A stretch of 64,000 nt of DNA, taken from the NCBI RefSeq assembly GCF_016744025.1, contig NZ_JADGFC010000001.1, positions 16,028 to 80,027 of the forward strand, read 5' to 3'. Position 1 is the stretch's first letter, and each line of letters starts with the position of its first letter. The stretch comes from Sulfurimonas sp. (GTDB taxonomy: Bacteria > Campylobacterota > Campylobacteria > Campylobacterales > Sulfurimonadaceae). A model generated the notes under the pieces. That model was given only the letters and a program-made list of their open reading frames with translations, searched no databases and was not told the DNA's origin. A program made the translations under genes and the position numbers. Positions 57,053 through 64,000 of the stretch are shown here, in pieces.

Positions 57053-58233
57053 CTTTAGAATATATTCATAAAGATTCTTCAAGAGAAATCATAAATTTGA
57101 ATCTCACTCAAGAAATTACAAACAATTGGATAAATATAGATTCTAGTTCTAAAAAAGAGTTTGTACAAGCTTTTATACCTGCCTTTAATAGCGGACAAAA
57201 GATTGTTCTCTTTGACAAAAATCATACTAAACTTCTAAAGTTTTACAAAGAAAATGATCTTAATAGTTTTGAAGGTATGAATGAAGTAAATAAGATTGCA
57301 AAACTTCTTTTTTTTACATCTGGAAGCACTGGTTTTCCGGTTGGTGCTTTTAAAAGCAAAGAAAACATTTTAAAAGAAGTAGAAGTACTAAAGAATTTGT
57401 TAAATGATTTTAATATTAAACGTGTTGTTGTAAGCGTCCCTTTTATTCATATATACGGGATATTAGCAGGACTTCTGCTACCTTTGCATCTAGAGGATAT
57501 CTCTCTAATTGTTAAAGAAGATTTTTTGCCATATGAATTACTTGAAGAAGCTTCATATGATGATACTTTAATTATTACAACTCCCTTGTTTATAAAAGCA
57601 CTTTGCAAAGTTAGTGATGACAAAGAACTAACTAAGAGCTTGTTTATATCCTCTACTGGCCCTCTGCATCTAGATGATGTAACTCTTTTTCAAAATAGGT
57701 ATAAGACTACACTAATACAACTATTTGGCTCAACAGAGACTGGTGGAATAGCTTATAAAAAAGGTATTAATAAAGAGTGGGATAGTCTAATGTATGTAGA
57801 TATAAAAAGTGAAGATGAAAGGTTAGCTCTTAGTTCTCCATTCATATCTAAGTACCTTTTAGAAAATACTATTAAAGAGATTAGACAACCTTTTCAAACT
57901 CAAGATATAGTTGAAATAAATGATAATAAATTTACACTCTTAGGACGAGCTAATAAGCTTATAAAAATAGCTGGAAAAAGGATTTCTGCATTAGAAATAG
58001 AGTCTATAATCGAGACTATTCCTAGTGTAGTTAAAGCAGTAGTTAGTTTAGTTTATAAAAAAGAGTTATTAAGAAGTGAACAAATTTTAATTACTTTACA
58101 AACTGAAAATAAAATAGACAAAAAACTTATAAAAGAAAAAATTGCACAAAATTTTGGAACTCTTACTATTCCATTTAAAGTAGAATATGTTGATACAATC
58201 AACTACTCTTCAATGGGTAAAGTAATTTTTTAA
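57049..58233 (+). CDS. AMP-dependent synthetase/ligase (aryl-acid or acyl-ACP ligase)
   Basis: AMP-binding core FFTSGSTGFPVG, later FGSTETGG and C-terminal GKRI..LEIE. GTG start overlaps the upstream stop. Confidence 0.8.
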   Translation: MTLEYIHKDSSREIINLNLTQEITNNWINIDSSSKKEFVQAFIPAFNSGQKIVLFDKNHTKLLKFYKENDLNSFEGMNEVNKIAKLLFFTSGSTGFPVGAFKSKENILKEVEVLKNLLNDFNIKRVVVSVPFIHIYGILAGLLLPLHLEDISLIVKEDFLPYELLEEASYDDTLIITTPLFIKALCKVSDDKELTKSLFISSTGPLHLDDVTLFQNRYKTTLIQLFGSTETGGIAYKKGINKEWDSLMYVDIKSEDERLALSSPFISKYLLENTIKEIRQPFQTQDIVEINDNKFTLLGRANKLIKIAGKRISALEIESIIETIPSVVKAVVSLVYKKELLRSEQILITLQTENKIDKKLIKEKIAQNFGTLTIPFKVEYVDTINYSSMGKVIF

Positions 58234-58243
58234 CGTACAATAC

Positions 58244-58852
58244 TTACTCTAAACTTTTAAGACCATCATTTTCTGTTAACAATGGTCTTTTATAGGCCTC
58301 TTTGTTCATCCAGTCTTTGTAATATTCATTATACTTAGATTGAATACTTTCAGCGTTATCAATTGACCATTGTTGTGTATCAGAATTCACTTCAACTAGT
58401 TGACATTCTTTTAGCCATGTAGTAAATTTCTCTGAACTCAATTGTTTTAAATGCACTGGGGCCAAAGAAAATCTTGCTTTCCAAAACCCTAGTCTTGGCG
58501 TTACCAATGCATAGTATATTTTATCAGCTTCTAAATTTGCAGACATGAAATCTGCACTTTTTCCAATAACCATAAACAAGTGCTTTCCAGGATCTAGTTC
58601 ATAAGAAACTTTTTTCTTTGCAGCAACAATACCAACAATTGATGTTACATTGTTGTCCACTTTGAAAACACTAGATTGAATAGCATATCCTAGAGTACTT
58701 GGGCGCATAAAAACTATTTTTGATTTGCCACTTGCTGGCGCTTCTATTAGTTTATTTGGAGCAGAAGCTGTCATATTTTTAATTGATCCTGAACAGCCAC
58801 TAAAGCCTATTGCAAAAGCAAATATAACAAGAGAATAGATAATTTTTTTCAT
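58244..58852 (-). CDS. Lipoprotein (DUF2846-like)
   Basis: Lipobox FSGC. GKSKIVFMRP...KIYY pattern reminiscent of DUF2846. Confidence 0.45.
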   Translation of the reverse strand: MKKIIYSLVIFAFAIGFSGCSGSIKNMTASAPNKLIEAPASGKSKIVFMRPSTLGYAIQSSVFKVDNNVTSIVGIVAAKKKVSYELDPGKHLFMVIGKSADFMSANLEADKIYYALVTPRLGFWKARFSLAPVHLKQLSSEKFTTWLKECQLVEVNSDTQQWSIDNAESIQSKYNEYYKDWMNKEAYKRPLLTENDGLKSLE

Positions 58853-58977
58853 AGATAATTTCCTTTAATTATTTAATAAAATAATACTATCTAAATTAAA
58901 TCACAGCACACCTTAAATGATATAAATAAACAGTTTGTCTTTTAGAATATTCTTTAGTGAGAAATTATTTTGATTTA

Positions 58978-59625
58978 TTATCGTAATTTAAAAAGGTATC
59001 CATTAGATATTTTTTGCATTTTATATCTATACTGTCCATCAAGTTCTATTACTGCGCGGTAATAACCAGAGTGGTTACCAACTCTAACTTTAGTAAATAT
59101 ACCTTTTTTATTTTCTTTTATGTAACTCTTTAGACTAGCGTCTCTTTTAAAATCTAGAACTATTCTATGAGGATTTACAAGTAAAAAGTTTCTTATTATT
59201 TTGTCTTTACTTAGAACTTTAAGAGTTTTATTTGAAGATAGGAATTTTGCATATTTTACAGACGCAATTTGTTTATATTTTATAGATTTAATTTTTTTAC
59301 TTGTTGCTTGTATTTGTTTTGTTTTATTTTCTGTTTGAGCGTAACTTTGAGATATAAATATAGGTAGATGCCAGTCTATAGAGTTATCAAGAATTATACT
59401 TTTTGTCTCTATGCTTGCATCTAAGTTTGCATACTCTATTGTTACTTTTTTAATTATTCTTGCAGATGATGGAAGAGTTATTGAAGAGCGCTTTAGTGCT
59501 TCTAATGATTTTACATTGTTAGAAGTATAAGGAATGTCTTTTTCACCTTTAGCAGGAAAAAATGGATTTTCACGAGCTTCTAAAGTGATTAGTAAAAAAA
59601 GTGAAATAAATAAAACTCTAATCAA
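58978..59625 (-). CDS. Periplasmic AMIN-domain-like protein
   Basis: Signal peptide. C-terminal NPHRIVLDFK...VRVGNHSGYYRAVIELDG resembles AMIN domains. Confidence 0.5.
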   Translation of the reverse strand: MIRVLFISLFLLITLEARENPFFPAKGEKDIPYTSNNVKSLEALKRSSITLPSSARIIKKVTIEYANLDASIETKSIILDNSIDWHLPIFISQSYAQTENKTKQIQATSKKIKSIKYKQIASVKYAKFLSSNKTLKVLSKDKIIRNFLLVNPHRIVLDFKRDASLKSYIKENKKGIFTKVRVGNHSGYYRAVIELDGQYRYKMQKISNGYLFKLR

Positions 59626-59662
59626 AACAACCCCTGAATTAATTTGTAAACATTATAACAAG

Positions 59663-59941
59663 TTACTGCGCAGAAATTTCTTTGAGTTCAAAAAACTCTC
59701 TTTGAAGCTCTGCATTTTCACTTTTTAGTCTGTAAACTTCGTCTTGAAGGTAAGTCTCATAGTCTTGAAGCCCAAAAAGAACTTCTAAAGAGTTTGTTCC
59801 ATAAAGAAGTATACCTAGATAAACTCCTAGCGCTAAGACTATTAGCACTAGACTTAAGAACTTTGTTAAAGAAAGTCCCATGTATCTTTGAGTGATACTT
59901 TGGGAAGTGTCTATATCTTCGTAAAGTTCTTCATTTTGCAT
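59663..59941 (-). CDS. FtsB/DivIC-like septum formation initiator
   Basis: 92 aa: single TM helix followed by a coiled coil (EVYRLKSENAELQREFFELKE). Encoded directly downstream of eno. Confidence 0.6.
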   Translation of the reverse strand: MQNEELYEDIDTSQSITQRYMGLSLTKFLSLVLIVLALGVYLGILLYGTNSLEVLFGLQDYETYLQDEVYRLKSENAELQREFFELKEISAQ

Positions 59942-59950
59942 TTTATTATC

Positions 59951-61216
59951 TTAATTAAAAAGCTCAGAACCTAAGTATTCACCATATACAACTTCATTTT
60001 CTATTTCTAAAAGACGGTTGTACTTAGCAGTTCTCTCTCCACGAGCAGTTGAACCAGTTTTGATTTGACCACAGTTAAGTGCTACAGCAAAGTCAGCTAT
60101 AAAAGCATCTTCACTCTCACCAGAACGGTGACTCATAACACAAGTATAACCATTTCTTTGAGCAAGACGAACAGTAAGCATAGTCTCAGAAACTGAACCG
60201 ATTTGGTTTGGCTTAATCAAAATTGAGTTTGCGATTCCTTCGTTAATACCTCTTGATAAGATGTTAGCATTTGTAACAAAAAGATCATCACCAACAATTT
60301 GAATCTTATCACCAAGTTTCTCAGTCATTAATTTAAAACCATCCCAATCATCTTCATTAAGACCATCTTCTATAGAAACAATAGGGTATTTAGCACATAA
60401 ATCAACATAATAATCTACTAACTCTGCAGAAGTTACAGTACGATTTTCTGATTCTAGTCTATACCCACCATCAGCAATAATTTCAGATGCAGCAACATCT
60501 AAAGCGATAGCAATTTGCTCACCAGCTTTATATCCTGCTTTCTCAATTGCTTCCATAATTATTACAATTGGTTCTTCATTTGAACTAAGGTCTGGTGCAA
60601 AACCACCCTCATCACCAAGTGCAGTATTATGTTTTTTAACTTTTAAAATAGCTTTTAAGTTATGGTAAACTTCAGCAGATGCTCTTAGTCCCTCAGCAAA
60701 ATCTTCAAATCCAACTGGAACAATCATATACTCTTGAAAGTCTACTGAATTATCAGCGTGTGAACCACCATTGATAATGTTTAACATAGGAGTAGGAATA
60801 GTAAGTGCATTTGCACCACCTAGGTAACGATAAAGTGGCATACCTAAGCTCTTAGCAGCAGCACGAGCAACAGCCATAGAAACACCAAGAACAGAGTTAG
60901 CTCCAAGGTTACCATAGTTGTCAGTTCCATCAAGTTCTTTCATCGTAGCATCTATTACAGCTTGATTAAAAGGTGAAAGACCTATTAGTACGTCTGAGAT
61001 TTGAGAGTTAACATTCTCAACTGCTGTCAAAACACCCTTACCCATGTAGCGATCACCGCCATCACGAAGTTCTAAAGCCTCACGTTTACCAGTACTAGCA
61101 CCTGAAGGTACAATTGCACTCTCAACTGTTCCATCACTTAATTCTACTGTCGCTTTAACCGTTGGGTTACCACGTGAATCCATTACTTCAATCGCACTTA
61201 CACTATCTATAAACAT
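59951..61216 (-). CDS. eno: Enolase
   Basis: [27 protein letters not shown] and SHRSGESED motifs. Confidence 0.97.
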   Translation of the reverse strand: MFIDSVSAIEVMDSRGNPTVKATVELSDGTVESAIVPSGASTGKREALELRDGGDRYMGKGVLTAVENVNSQISDVLIGLSPFNQAVIDATMKELDGTDNYGNLGANSVLGVSMAVARAAAKSLGMPLYRYLGGANALTIPTPMLNIINGGSHADNSVDFQEYMIVPVGFEDFAEGLRASAEVYHNLKAILKVKKHNTALGDEGGFAPDLSSNEEPIVIIMEAIEKAGYKAGEQIAIALDVAASEIIADGGYRLESENRTVTSAELVDYYVDLCAKYPIVSIEDGLNEDDWDGFKLMTEKLGDKIQIVGDDLFVTNANILSRGINEGIANSILIKPNQIGSVSETMLTVRLAQRNGYTCVMSHRSGESEDAFIADFAVALNCGQIKTGSTARGERTAKYNRLLEIENEVVYGEYLGSELFN

Positions 61217-61232
61217 TTAACATTTCCTTGTA

Positions 61233-62270
61233 TTATGTATCTGAGTCATCTATCTCAGAAGTATCCATGACCATAACATTTGTTACACCCATAGCTACTT
61301 TAATTTTTTCTTCTATTTCTTTAGCCAGTTCAGGTTCTTCTTTGAACTTAGCTTTAACGTTTTCACGTCCTTGACCAAGCTTAGTTTCCTCATATGAAAA
61401 CCATGCACCTGCTTTATCTACAATGTCTAGTTTAACACCGTAATCAACAAGTTCACCCTCTTTGGAGATTCCTTCTCCAAACATTATATCAAACTCTGCT
61501 TGACGAAATGGTGGTGCAACCTTATTTTTAATAACTTTTGCTTTTACACGGTTACCAATTTGACTCTCACCTTGTTTAAGTGAAGCTATACGTCTTACAT
61601 CTATACGAACAGATGCATAAAATTTCAGTGCATTACCACCAGTTGTTGTCTCCGGAGAGCCATAACCCATCATACCAATTTTCATACGAATTTGATTGAT
61701 AAAAATTACTGTACAGTTCATTTTACTAAGAACACCTGTTAACTTACGAAGTGCTTTTGACATTAAACGAGCTTGTACACCAACATTTTGGTCTGACATC
61801 TCACCTTCAATCTCAGACTTAGGTGTAAGCGCAGCAACAGAATCTATAACGACTAAATTTACAGCACCACTTCTTGCAATAGTTTCAACAATATCTAAAG
61901 CTTGTTCTCCATAATCTGGTTGTGAAACAAGTAGGTTTTCAACATCTACACCTAAGTTCTTAGCATAAATTGGGTCAAGAGCATGTTCAGCATCTATAAA
62001 TGCACAAACTCCTCCATCTTTTTGACATTCAGCAGTTATCTGAAGTGCTAAAGTTGTTTTACCAGAACTTTCAGGCCCATAAATCTCAATAACTCTTCCT
62101 TGAGGAACGCCACCTATGCCAAGTGCTAAGTCAAGACCAATAGAACCAGTACTTATTGATTTAATCGGTTCAATATTCTTGTCGCCCAATCTCATTAAAG
62201 CACCTTTACCAAATGCCTTATCGATTTGTTTCATTGCTAAGTCTAATGATTTTTGTTTGTTTGCGTCCAT
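61233..62270 (-). CDS. recA: Recombinase RecA
   Basis: Walker [29 protein letters not shown]. Confidence 0.97.
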   Translation of the reverse strand: MDANKQKSLDLAMKQIDKAFGKGALMRLGDKNIEPIKSISTGSIGLDLALGIGGVPQGRVIEIYGPESSGKTTLALQITAECQKDGGVCAFIDAEHALDPIYAKNLGVDVENLLVSQPDYGEQALDIVETIARSGAVNLVVIDSVAALTPKSEIEGEMSDQNVGVQARLMSKALRKLTGVLSKMNCTVIFINQIRMKIGMMGYGSPETTTGGNALKFYASVRIDVRRIASLKQGESQIGNRVKAKVIKNKVAPPFRQAEFDIMFGEGISKEGELVDYGVKLDIVDKAGAWFSYEETKLGQGRENVKAKFKEEPELAKEIEEKIKVAMGVTNVMVMDTSEIDDSDT

Positions 62271-62427
62271 CTTGGGCTCACTTATATTAAATTTGACTTA
62301 TTGTATGGCAATTTTTTATTTTCTTACGAAAACATTGCAAAATGTCATATTTTTAGTGAATTTCTTTTATATAGAATTTATATATAAATTAGTGGAATTT
62401 TATCCTTATTTGGTTAAAATCTAGTTT

Positions 62428-63291
62428 ATGAAAAGAACTTTAATTGCGCACTCCCCAGATGCTGATGATATCTTCATGTATTATGCCATCAAATTCGGTT
62501 GGGTAGATATGAAAAACACCCTATTTGACAACATAGCTAAAGATATACAAACACTAAATGAAGATGCTCTAAAGGGCACTTATGACATAGTTGCGATAAG
62601 CTTTGCTCTGTATCCTCACATAAAAGAAGAGTACGCTCCTCTTAGAACAGCTGTAAGTTTTGGTGAGGGTTATGGTCCTAAACTTATTAAGCAAAAAGGC
62701 GCAAAACTTAAAAGAAATTTTAAAGTCGCTCTTAGCGGAAAACACACTACAAATGCCATGTTATTTCGAATCGCTTATCCAGATGCTAGAGTTACTTATA
62801 TGAACTTCTTAGAGATTGAGCAAGCTGTACTTGATGGTGTAGTAGATGCTGGTGTTTTAATTCATGAGAGTATCTTAACTTATGATAGCGCACTCGAAGT
62901 TGAACGTGAGATGTGGGATATTTGGCAAGAGTTAGCTGGAGAAGAACTTCCTCTTCCTCTTGGTGGTATGGCAATTCGTCGCTCACTACCACTTAACAAA
63001 GCTATAGATTACGAAGCAACTCTAACAAAAGCTGTACAAGTAGCACGTGACCATAAAGATAGACTATCTAAAATGCTAATTGAGAGAGACCTTGTTCGTA
63101 TTGACGCGGCTACACTTGATAAGTATCTAGAACTATATGCAAATGACGAATCTATAACTTTAAGTGAGATTCAATACAGAGCTATTGATAAACTATTTGA
63201 ACTCGGTTATAAACATGGTTTTTATGATGCACCTGTAAAAGTAGAAGACTTTATGATTCCAACTGAGTATGAAGAGATTAGGAACTCATAA
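62428..63291 (+). CDS. MqnA/MqnD-family protein (futalosine-pathway menaquinone biosynthesis)
   Basis: N-terminal IAHSPDADDIFMYYAI resembles the SPCPND-type start of the PF02621 family. 287 aa. Confidence 0.55.
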   Translation: MKRTLIAHSPDADDIFMYYAIKFGWVDMKNTLFDNIAKDIQTLNEDALKGTYDIVAISFALYPHIKEEYAPLRTAVSFGEGYGPKLIKQKGAKLKRNFKVALSGKHTTNAMLFRIAYPDARVTYMNFLEIEQAVLDGVVDAGVLIHESILTYDSALEVEREMWDIWQELAGEELPLPLGGMAIRRSLPLNKAIDYEATLTKAVQVARDHKDRLSKMLIERDLVRIDAATLDKYLELYANDESITLSEIQYRAIDKLFELGYKHGFYDAPVKVEDFMIPTEYEEIRNS

Positions 63292-63295
63292 TATT

Positions 63296-63562
63296 ATGGA
63301 AGCTAAACTAATTGCCCTTGGAGTTGAAACATTTAAAATCGCTCTTTTATTAGCATTGCCTGGTCTTTTAACAGGTATGCTTGTAGGTTTAGCAGTTAGT
63401 ATTTTTCAAGCAACCACACAGATTAATGAAATGACGCTTTCGTTTATTCCTAAGATTTTAGGAGTTGTTATTGTTATCATTCTTACTATGCCTTGGATGC
63501 TTAACTCTATGACAGATTTTGCAACAAATATATTTAATATGATGCCAGAATTCATAGAGTAA
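63296..63562 (+). CDS. fliQ: Flagellar export apparatus protein FliQ
   Basis: 88 aa. LPGLLTGMLVGLAVSIFQATTQINEMTLSFIPKI is the FliQ signature. ATG 63296 gives the canonical length. Confidence 0.9.
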   Translation: MEAKLIALGVETFKIALLLALPGLLTGMLVGLAVSIFQATTQINEMTLSFIPKILGVVIVIILTMPWMLNSMTDFATNIFNMMPEFIE

Positions 63563-64000
63563 TGAAAACAAAAAAAATTAACTTTTCAAAATTCTCTTCT
63601 ATAAATATAGGAGAGACTCTCGAAGTATCTCTTTTAGAAGACCCAAGCGATTTAACTTCAGAGTACTATCTTATAGGTTCATGCAACAATATTCTTATGG
63701 GTACACAGCCTCCAAAACTTATAAAACTCTCAAAAAAATATGATTATATAAAAATAGAAGATAATACTCTTAAAATAGGAGCTTCAACTCCATCTGGGAA
63801 AATAGCTTCATTTTGTAAAAAGCACAATATAAAAAACTTTGAATTTGTCTCGCATCTACCGGGAACTCTTGGTGGTTTAGTTTACATGAATGCTGGGTTA
63901 AAAGAGTATGAAATATTTAATAATTTACTTAGCATCTCTACTACAAAAGCTACATTGAATAAAAATGAGATTGACTTTGGATACAGATATACAAATATTA
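63562..64000 (+). CDS. murB: UDP-N-acetylenolpyruvoylglucosamine reductase, N-terminal part (3' end outside window)
   Basis: Hand translation MKTKKINFSKFSSINIGETL...LIGSCNNIL...HLPGTLGGLVYMNAGL...GYRYTNI matches short epsilon-type MurB. TAATG overlap with fliQ. Confidence 0.8.
   Translation, partial: MKTKKINFSKFSSINIGETLEVSLLEDPSDLTSEYYLIGSCNNILMGTQPPKLIKLSKKYDYIKIEDNTLKIGASTPSGKIASFCKKHNIKNFEFVSHLPGTLGGLVYMNAGLKEYEIFNNLLSISTTKATLNKNEIDFGYRYTNI

Noticed and set aside
1-64000. Scan for CRISPR arrays, tRNA/rRNA genes, IS elements, integrases, phage genes and long homopolymeric G/C phase-variation tracts
   Set aside because: I saw no regularly spaced direct repeats, tRNA-like GC-rich cloverleaf segments, or transposase, integrase or phage structural motifs in any listed ORF. 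The longest G/C run noticed is G5 (about 4556-4560). A/T runs of 7-8 are common and unremarkable at this base composition.

Overview
AT-rich chromosomal window whose gene content (cd1-type nirS plus norCB denitrification genes, adjacent recA-eno, futalosine-type menaquinone gene, short murB, Hcp-like Sel1 proteins) looks like Campylobacterota, possibly Sulfurimonas-like; this taxonomic call is inference only. Layout: (1) 1-2.2 kb: lepB 3' end, then a small accessory patch with a PUA/EVE-like-HNH nuclease, a 57-aa ORF and an XRE regulator. (2) 2.2-7.6 kb: miscellaneous small genes, including one ORF with no canonical start codon. (3) 7.7-13.9 kb: two paralogous SDRs flanking an AraC regulator, then a cytochrome c peroxidase / membrane-anchored pentaheme cytochrome / thioredoxin-like operon. 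A conserved 39-bp operator-like element precedes the second SDR and the peroxidase operon at identical spacing. (4) 14.3-24.8 kb: denitrification island (norC, norB, nirS, cytochrome c, nirJ, nirF, cobA/nirE) with canonical FNR/Dnr-type boxes and a two-component system whose kinase has a flavodiiron-like metallo-beta-lactamase sensor domain. (5) 24.8-31.9 kb: second pentaheme cytochrome operon, DMT transporter, SQR/NDH-2-like flavoprotein, CorC-like protein and mgtE. (6) 32.1-58.2 kb: the main accessory feature, a ~26-kb type II PKS/FAS-like cluster with the hallmarks of an aryl-polyene plus dialkylresorcinol (flexirubin-type) pigment pathway. It has 3 ACPs, 3 KS, 2 CLF-like partners, KAS III/DarB-like and DarA-like genes, an MIO ammonia-lyase, FabG, dehydratases, an AMP-ligase, methyltransferase, GT2, two acyltransferases, a LolA-like protein, an MMPL exporter and an ABC-2 exporter. 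It also has a B12-radical SAM gene that appears frameshifted. (7) 58.2-64 kb: core genes (AMIN protein, ftsB-like, eno, recA, mqnA/D-family, fliQ, murB 5' part). I saw no rRNA, tRNA, CRISPR array, transposase or integrase. All calls come from reading motifs in the supplied translations and DNA; no searches were run.
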